From Escherichia coli (GTDB lineage Bacteria; Pseudomonadota; Gammaproteobacteria; Enterobacterales; Enterobacteriaceae): a stretch of 64,000 bases of DNA. Within the stretch, counting starts at the first letter, position 1. Each line of letters opens with the position of its first letter. The stretch is taken from assembly GCF_030013205.1 (NCBI RefSeq), contig NZ_CP122648.1. The stretch is one strand, 5' to 3'. The translations under genes and the position numbers were made by a program. Shown here piece after piece: positions 39,717 to 54,200 of this stretch. Below the pieces are notes generated by a model. It was not told where the DNA came from, searched no databases, and worked only from the letters and a program-made list of their open reading frames with translations.

Positions 39717-40049
39717 GGCTAAATTCTGAATCAGCGTAAAAAATGGAAAGTTGCTTTTTGCTGCCGTCTGACAGACAGGCAAAACAAAAACCACATCGCC
39801 AATAAGGGACTAAGTCAACTATTTCAGACTAAAGCGCATCTCTTTTTCCCCATTTCCGGCATCGACTCACCACAAAGGTCGCAAAATCTGGTAAACTATC
39901 ATCCAATTTTCTGCCCAAATGTCGGGTATTGCTCATTTTTTGTTTGATTTTCGAACAAAGAGAGTCGTTCCTTACTGGGTAACACAACTTCTGACTGGCC
40001 ACCTGGTGGCTGGTAGCAGTAAAAATTCTGACTATACCTGGAGGTTTTC

Positions 40050-40688
40050 ATGGCTGTCGCTGCCAACAAACGTTCGGTAATGACGCTGTTTTCCGGTCCT
40101 ACTGACATCTATAGCCATCAGGTCCGCATTGTGCTGGCTGAGAAAGGTGTAAGTTTCGAGATCGAACACGTGGAAAAGGACAATCCGCCTCAGGATCTGA
40201 TTGACCTCAACCCGAATCAGAGCGTTCCGACTCTGGTGGATCGTGAGCTGACCCTGTGGGAATCTCGCATCATTATGGAATATCTGGATGAGCGTTTCCC
40301 GCATCCGCCACTGATGCCTGTTTACCCGGTAGCTCGCGGTGAAAGCCGTCTGTACATGCATCGCATCGAAAAAGACTGGTACACGCTGATGAACACCATC
40401 ATCAACGGTTCAGCTTCTGAAGCAGATGCCGCACGTAAGCAACTGCGCGAAGAACTGCTGGCGATTGCGCCGGTCTTCGGTCAGAAGCCGTACTTCCTGA
40501 GCGATGAGTTCAGCCTGGTCGATTGCTACCTTGCTCCGCTGCTGTGGCGTCTGCCGCAACTGGGTATCGAGTTCAGCGGCCCGGGTGCGAAAGAGCTGAA
40601 AGGCTATATGACCCGCGTCTTTGAGCGTGACTCTTTCCTTGCTTCTTTAACTGAAGCTGAACGTGAAATGCGTCTGGGCCGGAGTTAA
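40050..40688 (+). CDS. sspA: stringent starvation protein A (GST-fold, RNA-polymerase-associated)
   Basis: 212-aa ORF MAVAANKRSVMTLFSGPTDIYSHQVRIVLAEKGV... Confidence 0.95.
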   Translation: MAVAANKRSVMTLFSGPTDIYSHQVRIVLAEKGVSFEIEHVEKDNPPQDLIDLNPNQSVPTLVDRELTLWESRIIMEYLDERFPHPPLMPVYPVARGESRLYMHRIEKDWYTLMNTIINGSASEADAARKQLREELLAIAPVFGQKPYFLSDEFSLVDCYLAPLLWRLPQLGIEFSGPGAKELKGYMTRVFERDSFLASLTEAEREMRLGRS

Positions 40689-40693
40689 TCTGT

Positions 40694-41191
40694 ATGGATT
40701 TGTCACAGCTAACACCACGTCGTCCCTATCTGCTGCGTGCATTCTATGAGTGGTTGCTGGATAACCAGCTCACGCCGCACCTGGTGGTGGATGTGACGCT
40801 CCCTGGCGTGCAGGTTCCTATGGAATATGCGCGTGACGGGCAAATCGTACTCAACATTGCGCCGCGTGCTGTCGGCAATCTGGAACTGGCGAATGATGAG
40901 GTGCGCTTTAACGCGCGCTTTGGTGGCATTCCGCGTCAGGTTTCTGTGCCGCTGGCTGCCGTGCTGGCTATCTACGCCCGTGAAAATGGCGCAGGCACGA
41001 TGTTTGAACCTGAAGCTGCCTACGATGAAGATGCCAGCATCATGAATGATGAAGAGGCATCGGCAGACAACGAAACCGTTATGTCGGTTATTGATGGCGA
41101 CAAGCCAGATCACGATGATGACACTCATCCTGACGATGAACCACCGCAGCCACCACGTGGTGGTCGACCAGCATTACGCGTTGTGAAGTAA
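40694..41191 (+). CDS. sspB: ClpXP adaptor SspB
   Basis: 165-aa ORF MDLSQLTPRRPYLLRAFYEWLLDNQLTPHLVV... ending in the ClpX-binding tail GGRPALRVVK. Confidence 0.95.
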   Translation: MDLSQLTPRRPYLLRAFYEWLLDNQLTPHLVVDVTLPGVQVPMEYARDGQIVLNIAPRAVGNLELANDEVRFNARFGGIPRQVSVPLAAVLAIYARENGAGTMFEPEAAYDEDASIMNDEEASADNETVMSVIDGDKPDHDDDTHPDDEPPQPPRGGRPALRVVK

Positions 41192-41196
41192 TACTA

Positions 41197-41227
41197 AAAC
41201 AGGCCCTGGCGGCCTGTTTTGTCTTTT
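41197..41227. terminator. bidirectional hairpin terminator between sspB and dcuD
   Basis: AAAACAGGCC-ctggc-GGCCTGTTTT followed by a T-run, flanked by A-runs on the other side. Confidence 0.8.
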
Positions 41228-41234
41228 TAATCGC

Positions 41235-42602
41235 TTAATAAAATAGCGTGATAGTGGCAATCATATTCACCACGAAACCGACTGCCATGGGGATCGCTGT
41301 CCGCTTCACTACCGCAAAAGGCGAAACGCCTGCAATTCCTGACGTAACGACCACCACCGCAGTAATCGGCGAAACAGCGCGCGCTAGCGTCGTGGCAAAA
41401 TGCATCGGCATAATCATTACAACCGCTGGTACATGTAGTCCGGCTGCGATATTCGGAATAAGACTGGCAAATGACATAAACGGCGCATTGCCTGAGCCCA
41501 TCACAATGGCACAAATGGCAATGACCAGCGCCATAATAATCATCACGCCAATACCGCCCAGACCAGAATGCTCCGCCCCCCTGATAACCGCATCGACAGT
41601 GCCAATCGTCGTTAAGCCTTTCGCAAATATTTCACCCGCGACCACCAGCGTTACCACGTTGGCAAACTGCGTACCCATGCCATCAAAAAACGCCTGCACA
41701 TCGTCCATTGTTTCGCGCAAGTTATGCTTGCGGAAGAACTCAACAAACATCGTCACCGTCAAACTCAGTAACATCACCACCACCAGATGCAGTTCTGACT
41801 GCATCAGCCCGACGTGGGCAAGGAACAGCGAGCCGAGCATCAGGATTAACGGCATCACCGGTAAAATGGCGTAATAGAGCGGCGGGACATTATCGAGAGC
41901 TTTTTGCTCTGCCTGTTCGTGATTGATATTTTTATCTTTTTTGTCGAAAGCGCGTTGCACGAAAAAGTGGGAGATCGCCACCGAGATAATGACGCAAGAG
42001 GCGACCGGAAGCTGGTAGTGGAAGAAGTAAGTGGCAATTTTCATTCCTGCGACCTGGGCAGCAAAAATGGAGTTCGTTTCCAGAATCCCCCACTCAATGG
42101 ACATGGTGGTTGCGATAACCGCCACCGCAGAGAGACTACTTACTCCCAGACTCACCAGCGTCGGAAATAAGGTGACCATCAGCAACATACCCAGACCGGA
42201 GGCGCTGGTAATAAACTGCGCCATGATTTGGCCGATGACGTAAGTTGCCGACAGAATAATATACGGCGAGCGAATGAGTTTTAACGGGCGGCTTAACAAG
42301 CTCACCATCGCGCGACTTGCCCCTATGCGCTCCATATAGCGGGCATAACCGCCCACTGCCATAATCGACAGCCCCAATCCGGCAATGCGGTTGGACAGCA
42401 TGCGCAGGATTTCATTATAAATATCGACGATCAAGTAGCCGCTGCTTTTGGCGGGATCGAGCACACCACCGAACCCTAACCAGACACCGCACATCATCAG
42501 GAAGATACCTGCGGCAGCCAGCACCACCTGAGGTTTGTAGTTTTTCAGGATCAAATAGCCCATCGTAATTAATACGATGACAGATATAATTATGCCGAAC
42601 AT
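41235..42602 (-). CDS. dcuD: DcuC-family anaerobic C4-dicarboxylate transporter homolog DcuD (YhcL)
   Basis: ORF 41235..42620 trimmed to [25 protein letters not shown]... (455 aa); polytopic membrane protein at the expected position next to nanR. Confidence 0.85.
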   Translation of the reverse strand: MFGIIISVIVLITMGYLILKNYKPQVVLAAAGIFLMMCGVWLGFGGVLDPAKSSGYLIVDIYNEILRMLSNRIAGLGLSIMAVGGYARYMERIGASRAMVSLLSRPLKLIRSPYIILSATYVIGQIMAQFITSASGLGMLLMVTLFPTLVSLGVSSLSAVAVIATTMSIEWGILETNSIFAAQVAGMKIATYFFHYQLPVASCVIISVAISHFFVQRAFDKKDKNINHEQAEQKALDNVPPLYYAILPVMPLILMLGSLFLAHVGLMQSELHLVVVMLLSLTVTMFVEFFRKHNLRETMDDVQAFFDGMGTQFANVVTLVVAGEIFAKGLTTIGTVDAVIRGAEHSGLGGIGVMIIMALVIAICAIVMGSGNAPFMSFASLIPNIAAGLHVPAVVMIMPMHFATTLARAVSPITAVVVVTSGIAGVSPFAVVKRTAIPMAVGFVVNMIATITLFY

Positions 42603-42981
42603 TGTTGAACTCCGTGTCAAAAGAAAACGGTCAATCCCATAAACGGCAGATTGAAAACAATGATGTTATATTTTTTGCAAGGCTATTTATGGTGCGGATG
42701 TCGTGTTTTTAATTGTAGGTGAGGTGATTTTTCATTAAAAAATATGCGCTTATGATTATTTTGTAAGAACACATTTATAATATTCATAATGCTCGTGAAT
42801 AGTCTTATAAATAATTCAATCGGGATGTTTTTATCTGCGTTACATTAATTTTTCGCAATAGTTAATTATTCCGTTAATTATGGTAATGATGAGGCACAAA
42901 GAGAAAACCCTGCCATTTTCCCCTACTTTCAATCCTGTGATAGGATGTCACTGATGATGTTAATCACACTGACCTTACAGA

Positions 42982-43773
42982 ATGGGCCTTATGAACGCAT
43001 TTGATTCGCAAACCGAAGATTCTTCACCTGCAATTGGTCGCAACTTGCGTAGCCGCCCGCTGGCGCGTAAAAAACTCTCCGAAATGGTGGAAGAAGAGCT
43101 GGAACAGATGATCCGCCGTCGTGAATTTGGCGAAGGTGAACAATTACCGTCTGAACGCGAACTGATGGCGTTCTTTAACGTCGGGCGTCCTTCGGTGCGC
43201 GAAGCGCTGGCAGCGTTAAAACGCAAAGGTCTGGTGCAGATAAACAACGGCGAACGCGCTCGCGTCTCACGTCCTTCTGCGGACACCATCATCGGCGAGC
43301 TTTCCGGCATGGCGAAAGATTTCCTTTCTCATCCTGGCGGGATTGCCCATTTCGAACAATTACGTCTGTTCTTTGAATCCAGCCTGGTGCGCTATGCGGC
43401 TGAACACGCCACCGATGAACAAATCGATTTGCTGGCAAAAGCACTGGAAATCAACAGTCAGTCGCTGGATAACAACGCGGCATTCATTCGCTCAGACGTT
43501 GATTTCCACCGCGTTCTGGCGGAGATCCCCGGTAACCCAATCTTCATGGCGATCCACGTTGCTCTGCTCGACTGGCTGATCGCCGCACGTCCAACCGTGG
43601 CTGATCAGGCTCTGCACGAGCATAACAACGTTAGCTATCAACAGCATATTGCGATCGTTGACGCGATCCGCCGCCACGATCCCGATGAAGCCGATCGCGC
43701 GTTGCAATCGCATCTCAACAGCGTCTCTGCTACCTGGCACGCCTTCGGTCAGACCACCAACAAAAAGAAATAA
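42982..43773 (+). CDS. nanR: GntR/FadR-family repressor of sialic acid catabolism NanR
   Basis: 263-aa ORF; GntR-type HTH and FCD domain; immediately upstream of nanA. Confidence 0.9.
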   Translation: MGLMNAFDSQTEDSSPAIGRNLRSRPLARKKLSEMVEEELEQMIRRREFGEGEQLPSERELMAFFNVGRPSVREALAALKRKGLVQINNGERARVSRPSADTIIGELSGMAKDFLSHPGGIAHFEQLRLFFESSLVRYAAEHATDEQIDLLAKALEINSQSLDNNAAFIRSDVDFHRVLAEIPGNPIFMAIHVALLDWLIAARPTVADQALHEHNNVSYQQHIAIVDAIRRHDPDEADRALQSHLNSVSATWHAFGQTTNKKK

Positions 43774-43836
43774 TGCCACTTTAGTGAAGCAGATCGCATT
43801 ATAAGCTTTCTGTATGGGGTGTTGCTTAATTGATCT

Positions 43837-43859
43837 GGTATAACAGGTATAAAGGTATA
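43837..43859 (+). promoter_or_regulatory. NanR operator: three direct GGTATA repeats in the nanA promoter
   Basis: GGTATA at 43837-43842, 43846-43851 and 43854-43859 (GGTATAACAGGTATAAAGGTATA), the known NanR recognition repeat. Confidence 0.85.
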
Positions 43860-43894
43860 TCGTTTATCAGACAAGCATCACTTCAGAGGTATTT

Positions 43895-44788
43895 ATGGCA
43901 ACGAATTTACGTGGCGTAATGGCCGCACTCCTGACTCCTTTTGACCAACAACAAGCACTGGATAAAGCGAGTCTGCGCCGCCTAGTTCAGTTCAATATTC
44001 AGCAGGGCATCGACGGCTTATACGTGGGTGGTTCGACCGGCGAAGCCTTTGTACAAAGCCTTTCCGAGCGTGAACAGGTACTGGAAATCGTCGCCGAAGA
44101 GGCGAAAGGCAAGATTAAACTCATCGCCCACGTTGGTTGCGTCAGCACTGCTGAAAGCCAACAACTTGCGGCATCGGCTAAACGTTATGGCTTCGATGCC
44201 GTCTCCGCCGTCACGCCGTTCTACTATCCTTTCAGCTTTGAAGAACACTGCGATCACTATCGGGCAATTATTGATTCAGCGGATGGGTTGCCGATGGTGG
44301 TGTACAACATTCCAGCCCTGAGCGGGGTAAAACTGACCCTGGATCAAATCAACACACTTGTTACGTTGCCTGGCGTCGGTGCGCTGAAACAGACTTCTGG
44401 CGATCTCTATCAGATGGAACAGATCCGTCGTGAACATCCTGATCTGGTGCTCTATAACGGTTACGACGAAATCTTCGCCTCTGGTCTTCTGGCGGGCGCT
44501 GATGGTGGTATCGGTAGTACCTACAACATCATGGGCTGGCGTTATCAGGGGATTGTGAAGGCGCTGAAAGAAGGCGATATCCAGACCGCGCAGAAGCTGC
44601 AAACCGAATGTAATAAAGTCATTGATTTACTGATCAAAACGGGCGTATTCCGCGGCCTGAAAACGGTCCTGCATTATATGGATGTCGTTTCTGTGCCGCT
44701 GTGCCGCAAACCGTTTGGACCGGTAGATGAAAAATATCTGCCAGAACTGAAGGCGCTGGCCCAGCAGTTGATGCAAGAGCGCGGGTGA
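43895..44788 (+). CDS. nanA: N-acetylneuraminate lyase
   Basis: 297-aa [36 protein letters not shown]... Confidence 0.95.
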
Positions 44789-44792
44789 GTTG

Positions 44793-44825
44793 TTTCCCCT
44801 CGCTCGCCCCTACCGGGTGAGGGGA
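44793..44825. repeat. GC-rich palindromic repeat TCCCCTCGC..GCCCCT...GGTGAGGGGA (copy 2)
   Basis: TTTCCCCTCGCTCGCCCCTACCGGGTGAGGGGAAA in the nanA-nanT spacer; same arms as the copy at 26234-26266. Confidence 0.7.
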
Positions 44826-44896
44826 AATAAACGCATCTGTACCCTACAATTTTCATACCAAAGCGTGTGGGCATCGCCCACCGCGGGAGACTCACA

Positions 44897-46387
44897 ATGA
44901 GTACTACAACCCAGAATATCCCGTGGTATCGCCATCTCAATCGTGCACAATGGCGGGCATTTTCCGCTGCCTGGTTGGGATATCTGCTTGACGGTTTTGA
45001 TTTCGTTTTAATCGCCCTGGTACTCACCGAAGTACAAGGTGAATTCGGGCTGACGACGGTGCAGGCGGCAAGTCTGATCTCCGCAGCCTTTATCTCTCGC
45101 TGGTTCGGCGGCCTGATGCTCGGCGCTATGGGTGACCGCTACGGGCGTCGTCTGGCAATGGTCACCAGCATCGTTCTCTTCTCGGCCGGGACGCTGGCCT
45201 GCGGCTTTGCGCCAGGCTACATCACCATGTTTATCGCTCGTCTGGTCATCGGCATGGGGATGGCGGGTGAATACGGTTCCAGCGCCACCTATGTCATTGA
45301 AAGCTGGCCAAAACATCTGCGTAATAAAGCCAGTGGTTTTCTGATTTCCGGCTTCTCTGTGGGGGCCGTCGTTGCCGCTCAGGTCTATAGCCTGGTGGTT
45401 CCGGTCTGGGGCTGGCGTGCGCTGTTCTTTATCGGCATTTTGCCAATCATCTTTGCTCTCTGGCTGCGTAAAAACATCCCGGAAGCGGAAGACTGGAAAG
45501 AGAAACATGCTGGTAAAGCACCAGTACGCACGATGGTAGATATTCTCTACCGTGGTGAACATCGCATTGCCAATATCGTAATGACACTGGCGGCGGCTAC
45601 TGCGCTGTGGTTTTGCTTCGCCGGTAACCTGCAAAATGCCGCGATCGTCGCTGTTCTTGGGCTGTTATGCGCCGCAATCTTTATCAGCTTTATGGTGCAA
45701 AGTACGGGCAAACGCTGGCCAACGGGCGTAATGCTGATGGTGGTCGTGTTGTTTGCTTTCCTCTACTCATGGCCGATTCAGGCGCTGCTGCCAACGTATC
45801 TGAAAACCGATCTGGCTTATAACCCGCATACTGTCGCCAATGTGCTGTTCTTTAGTGGCTTTGGCGCGGCGGTGGGATGCTGCGTAGGTGGCTTCCTCGG
45901 TGACTGGCTGGGAACCCGCAAAGCGTACGTTTGTAGCCTGCTGGCCTCGCAGCTGCTGATTATTCCGGTATTTGCGATTGGCGGCGCAAACGTCTGGGTG
46001 CTCGGTCTGTTACTGTTCTTCCAGCAAATGCTTGGACAAGGGATCGCCGGGATCTTACCGAAACTGATTGGCGGTTATTTCGATACCGACCAGCGTGCAG
46101 CGGGCCTGGGCTTTACCTACAACGTCGGCGCATTGGGCGGTGCACTGGCCCCAATCATCGGCGCGTTGATCGCTCAACGTCTGGATCTGGGTACTGCGCT
46201 GGCATCGCTCTCGTTCAGTCTGACATTTGTGGTGATCCTGCTGATTGGTCTGGATATGCCTTCCCGCGTTCAGCGTTGGCTGCGCCCGGAAGCATTGCGT
46301 ACTCATGACGCTATCGACGGCAAACCATTTAGCGGTGCCGTGCCATTTGGCCGCGCCAAAAACGATTTAGTCAAAACCAAAAGTTAA
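44897..46387 (+). CDS. nanT: sialic acid:H+ symporter NanT (MFS)
   Basis: ORF 44867..46387 trimmed to [36 protein letters not shown]... (496 aa). Confidence 0.9.
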
Positions 46388-46434
46388 TCCTGTTGCCCGG
46401 TCTCTGTACCGGGCCTTTCGCTAAGGGAAGATGT

Positions 46435-47120
46435 ATGTCGTTACTTGCACAACTGGATCAAAAAATCGCTGCTAACGGTGGCCTGATTGTCTCCTGCCAG
46501 CCGGTTCCGGACAGCCCGCTCGATAAACCCGAAATCGTCGCCGCCATGGCATTAGCGGCAGAACAGGCGGGCGCGGTTGCCATTCGCATTGAAGGTGTGG
46601 CAAATCTGCAAGCCACGCGTGCGGTGGTGAGCGTGCCAATTATCGGGATTGTGAAACGCGATCTGGAGGATTCTCCGGTACGCATCACGGCCTATATTGA
46701 AGATGTTGATGCGCTGGCGCAGGCGGGCGCGGACATTATCGCCATTGACGGCACCGACCGCCCGCGTCCGGTGCCTGTTGAAACGTTGCTGGCACGTATT
46801 CACCATCACGGTTTACTGGCGATGACCGACTGCTCAACGCCGGAAGACGGCCTGGCATGCCAAAAGCTGGGAGCCGAAATTATTGGCACTACGCTTTCTG
46901 GCTATACCACGCCTGAAACGCCAGAAGAGCCGGATCTGGCGCTGGTGAAAACGTTGAGCGACGCCGGATGTCGGGTGATTGCCGAAGGGCGTTACAACAC
47001 GCCTGCTCAGGCGGCAGATGCGATGCGCCACGGCGCGTGGGCGGTGACGGTCGGTTCTGCCATTACGCGTCTTGAACACATTTGTCAGTGGTACAACACA
47101 GCGATGAAAAAGGCGGTGCT

Positions 47121-47124
<4 letters not shown>
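46435..47124 (+). CDS. nanE: N-acetylmannosamine-6-phosphate 2-epimerase
   Basis: ORF 46393..47124 trimmed to [29 protein letters not shown]... (229 aa). Confidence 0.9.
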
Positions 47125-48457
<1,333 letters not shown>

Positions 48458-48476
48458 AACTTAGTTCGTTTTAAAG

Positions 48477-48501
48477 ATTCTGCAGACACTGTCTGCAGAA
48501 T
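48477..48501. repeat. 25-bp perfect palindrome ATTCTGCAGACA-c-TGTCTGCAGAAT in the yhcH/yhcG convergent gap
   Basis: Read directly from the sequence; 12-bp arms around a single central base; related to the palindromes at 49266-49327. Confidence 0.8.
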
Positions 48502-48516
48502 TCGAAACCGCTGAAA

Positions 48517-49629
48517 TTAACGGCGTCTATAGCCTTCCTCTAGCACCGCCTGTGTTCGAACGAGTTCATCCGCGAGTCGTTTTTCATCAGGTAGTTGCAT
48601 CTTATATTCGCTCGCCAGAACGGTGTTAGGCAAACCAGCCAGTGCATAATACGCTTCGCCGGCTCCTTTCTCTGCACAGAGAACCAGACCGATGGGCGGA
48701 TTTTCATCCGGTAGTGTCCAGTGCTCTTTGGCGTAGTTGAGATACATATTCATCTGTCCGGCATCGCTATAGCTGAATTTGCCCACTTTTAGATCGACGA
48801 TTAGCAGGCAGCGTAAACGGCGGTGGAAAAACAGCAGATCGACACGAAACCAGTTGTCATCAATGCGTAACCTTCGCTGTCGACCAACAAAGGCAAAATC
48901 ATCCCCAAGTTCCAGCATGAAATCCATCAGGTGGTTGATCAGCGCCTCCTCAAAATCGGATTCTGAGTATTCATCTTTCAATTCCAGAAATTCGAGCACA
49001 AAGGGATCGCGTATCGCCTGCTGCGGAAGAATATGCGTCTCGGTAGGAGCGTGTTGTTGCAGCATGGCTGATTTGTCATGTGACAGTAGTGTCCGCTCAT
49101 AAAACTGGGTCGCAATTTGTCGTTCGAGCTGACGAGCAGACCAGCCACAGCGGAGTGTCTCTTTCTCATAAAAGCTGCGAGCATCAGCTTTTTTAACAGA
49201 AAGCAAACGGACGTAAGTGGACCAGGGCAGGGGGAAGGATTTGGCGAGTTGCGCTAAATGGCAAGATTCTCCAGACACAGTCTGGAGAATTGTGGGGGTG
49301 AATTGTGCAGACAGTGTCTGCACAATTTCAATTCTTTGAAAACAAATATAAAAATTCTTAAACTGCCATAAATTCCTGGTGGAAAATCCACGCTTATACC
49401 TTAGACTTAAATCCTTTGATAGTCGCTTGATTAGCTGCGCACCATACGCAGCCCTGGCCTCGCCACCTTGTTCAAATTCGACAATTCGTCGGCCAATTTC
49501 CCAGTACGTCGCGGTCATTAACGCGTTAACGCTACGTACCGTTTCCGTTCGGGCGCTATCGACCAGATGAATAATGCCGTCGTGGATTTGCTGGTAGCCT
49601 GCTGTGGTTCCTTCTGAGAGCGATTCCAT
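48517..49629 (-). CDS. yhcG: DUF1016 (YhcG-family, predicted PD-(D/E)xK nuclease-fold) protein
   Basis: 370-aa ORF MESLSEGTTAGYQQIHDGIIHLVDSARTETVRSVNALMTATYWEIGRRIVEFEQ...; size and position correspond to YhcG. Confidence 0.85.
   Translation of the reverse strand: MESLSEGTTAGYQQIHDGIIHLVDSARTETVRSVNALMTATYWEIGRRIVEFEQGGEARAAYGAQLIKRLSKDLSLRYKRGFSTRNLWQFKNFYICFQRIEIVQTLSAQFTPTILQTVSGESCHLAQLAKSFPLPWSTYVRLLSVKKADARSFYEKETLRCGWSARQLERQIATQFYERTLLSHDKSAMLQQHAPTETHILPQQAIRDPFVLEFLELKDEYSESDFEEALINHLMDFMLELGDDFAFVGRQRRLRIDDNWFRVDLLFFHRRLRCLLIVDLKVGKFSYSDAGQMNMYLNYAKEHWTLPDENPPIGLVLCAEKGAGEAYYALAGLPNTVLASEYKMQLPDEKRLADELVRTQAVLEEGYRRR
49266..49327. repeat. two further palindromes of the same family inside the 5' third of yhcG
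   Basis: ATTCTCCAGAC-aca-GTCTGGAGAAT (49266-49290) and AATTGTGCAGACA-g-TGTCTGCACAATT (49301-49327); both share the CAGACA..TGTCTG core with 48477-48501. Confidence 0.8.
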
Positions 49630-49812
49630 TATCTGTCCCTTAATATGGCGCAGTGTTGAATAATGGAATCAGCTATACGCCGGGCATCTGCCGGTAACAA
49701 TCCAGATGTGCGTATTACATTGGTTTTCTTCAGATTATGCGAGGCGCTTTCCAGAACGAAAGGAGAATTTCAGCGCCGACTCTTTTCTGAGGAGGCGGCG
49801 CTGGGACAGAGC

Positions 49813-51243
<1,431 letters not shown>

Positions 51244-54200
51244 TTACTGCGCCTGCACGCGCAACTCTGCTGCGCTACGACTACGGTGACCCAGCAGTGC
51301 TTTTACATCACTGGACTTCGGTTTAACCAGCGCAAATTTAGTGGCGAAGGTTGACCAGTTCGCCAGAATCTCTTCACCGCGCTGAGAACCGGTATGCTGA
51401 ACATGCTCGGTGATAAGACCGCGCAGATGCTCTTCATGGATCGCCAGATCGTCAACGCTTAAGACCTCGACCAGTTCCGGGTTAACGCGTTTGCGGAAAT
51501 CGCCGCTTTCATCGAGAACGTAAGCGAAGCCGCCGGTCATGCCCGCGCCGAAGTTAACGCCGGTTTTACCCAGAATACAGACAATACCGCCCGTCATATA
51601 TTCACAGCCGTTGTCGCCAATGCCTTCTACCACGGTGATAGCACCGGAGTTACGCACGCCGAAACGTTCACCCGCGCGGCCTGCGGCATACAGACGACCT
51701 CCGGTCGCGCCATACAGGCAGGTGTTGCCGATAATGCTTGCTTCATGGCTGCGGAAGGCTGAGCCAACCGGAGGACGAATGGCGATTAAGCCGCCCGCCA
51801 TGCCTTTACCGACATAGTCGTTGGCATCACCGGTCAGGTACAGTTCCACGCCGCCCGCGTTCCACACACCGAAGCTCTGGCCTGCGGTGCCGTTGAAGTA
51901 CGCTTTGATCGGATCGGCTGCCAGACCCTGATCGCCGTGCGTCTGGGCGATATAGCCTGAAAGCGACGCGCCGACAGAACGGTCGGTGTTGCGAATATCG
52001 AACCAGAAGGTTTTGCTCTGACGCTCATCGACAAACGGTTTTGCCTGTTGCAGCAACTGTGCGTTCAGCAGGCCGTTATCAAACGGCGGGTTGTTTTCGG
52101 TACAGTAGAGCGCCTTACCTGGATGCGGCTCAGCGGTCTCCAGCAGTTTCGACAGCGCCAGTTTCTGCTGTTTGGCGGTGAAACCGTCCAGCTCTTTCAG
52201 CAGGTCGGTGCGACCAATCAGATCCACCAGACGCGTTACCCCCAGCTGTGCCATCAGCTCGCGGGTTTCACGGGCGATAAACTCAAAGTAATTAGTCACC
52301 TTGAACGGCAGGCCGTGATAGTGATTCTTACGCAGTTTGTCATCCTGAGTTGCTACACCCGTCGCGCAGTTGTTCAGGTGGCAAATACGCAGATATTTAC
52401 AGCCGAGCGCCACCATCGGACCGGTGCCGAAGCCGAAGCTTTCTGCGCCGAGAATCGCCGCTTTGATGATATCGACACCCGTTTTCAGGCCGCCATCGAC
52501 CTGCAAACGAATTTTATGACGTAAACCGTTGGCAACCAGCGCCTGTTGGGTTTCCACCAGGCCGAGTTCCCACGGACAGCCTGCGTATTTCACCGATGAA
52601 AGCGGACTTGCGCCGGTGCCGCCATCATAGCCTGCGATGGTGATTAAATCGGCATAAGCTTTCGCCACGCCAGTCGCGATGGTGCCTACGCCCGGTTCGG
52701 AAACCAGCTTCACGGAGATCATCGCTTTCGGGTTAACCTGCTTGAGGTCGAAAATAAGCTGCGCTAAGTCCTCGATAGAGTAGATATCATGGTGCGGCGG
52801 CGGGGAGATCAGCGTCACTCCGGGCACCGAATAGCGCAGTTTGGCGATGTAAGGCGTGACTTTATCGCCCGGTAACTGACCGCCTTCGCCCGGCTTCGCG
52901 CCCTGGGCGACTTTAATCTGAATGACGTCGGCATTGACCAGATACGCCGGAGTAACCCCAAAGCGACCGGAAGCCACCTGCTTGATGCGCGACACTTTGT
53001 TGGTGCCGTAGCGTGCCGGATCTTCGCCGCCTTCACCGGAGTTAGAGTTGCCGCCGATGCTGTTCATCGCTTCAGCCAGCGCCTCGTGGGCTTCCGGGCT
53101 TAACGCGCCGATAGACATCGCAGCGGTATCGAAGCGTTTAAACAGTTCGCTTGCCGGTTCAACATCAGCAATGTTGACCGCGTTTTCACCCGGCGTAATT
53201 GCCAGCAGATCGCGCAGCGTGGTTGCCGGACGCTCATTAACCAGCTTCGCGTATTCCTGATAGTCGCTGTACTCGCCGCTTTGTACCGCCTGTTGCAGCG
53301 TGCGCACCACGTCCGGGTTGTAGGCGTGGTATTCGCCGCCGTGCACATATTTCAGCAGGCCGCCCTGGCTGATGGGCTTACGCGCCAGCCAGGCACGTTT
53401 CGACAGATTCAGCAGATCCTGCTGGAAGTCTTCAAAGCTTGCCCCGCCAATGCGGCTGACCGCGCCCTGGAAGCACAGGCCCACTACATCATCGTGTAGA
53501 CCGACCGCTTCAAACAGTTTCGAGCAGCGGTAAGAGGCGATGGTGGAGATGCCCATTTTGGACATGATTTTGTACAAGCCTTTGTTGATGCCGTTACGGT
53601 AGTTGAGCATCACGGTACGATAATCTTTGGCAATCGCGTGGGTGTCTACCAGGCGGCCCAGCGTTTCATAGGCAAGGTACGGATAAATAGCCGTCGCACC
53701 GAAGCCCAGCAACACGGCGAAATGGTGCGGATCGCGGGCGCTGGCGGTTTCGACGATGATGTTGGCATCGCAACGCAAGCTTTGATCGACCAGACGGGTC
53801 TGGATCGCGCCAACCGCCATCGGGGCTGGAACCGGCAGGCGATCTTTAGCGATATTCCTGTCGGAGAGCACCAGCAGCACAGTGCCGCTACGTACCATTT
53901 TTTCAGCTTTGTCGCACAGCTCTTTGACCGTCGCTTCGAGCGTGGTTTTGGTGACGTCAAAGGTGATATCCAGTGTATCTGCGCGGTAGTGCTCCTCTTT
54001 CATCGTCGTGAGCTGTTTGAAATCGGAGTAGAGCAGAATCGGCGATTTAAAACTTAAACGGTGCGCCTGGCCCTCTGCTTCACAGAAGACGTTCATTTCA
54101 CGCCCTATGCTGGTGGCGAGCGACATAACATGCGCTTCACGCAGTGGGTCGATTGGCGGGTTGGTGACCTGGGCAAATTGCTGGCGGAAGTAATCGTAAA

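Noticed and set aside
48517-49629. yhcG (PD-(D/E)xK nuclease fold) as part of an anti-phage defence system
   Set aside because: It is a single gene in a conserved core position with no adjacent methyltransferase, ATPase, helicase or toxin partner; the context does not support a defence island.
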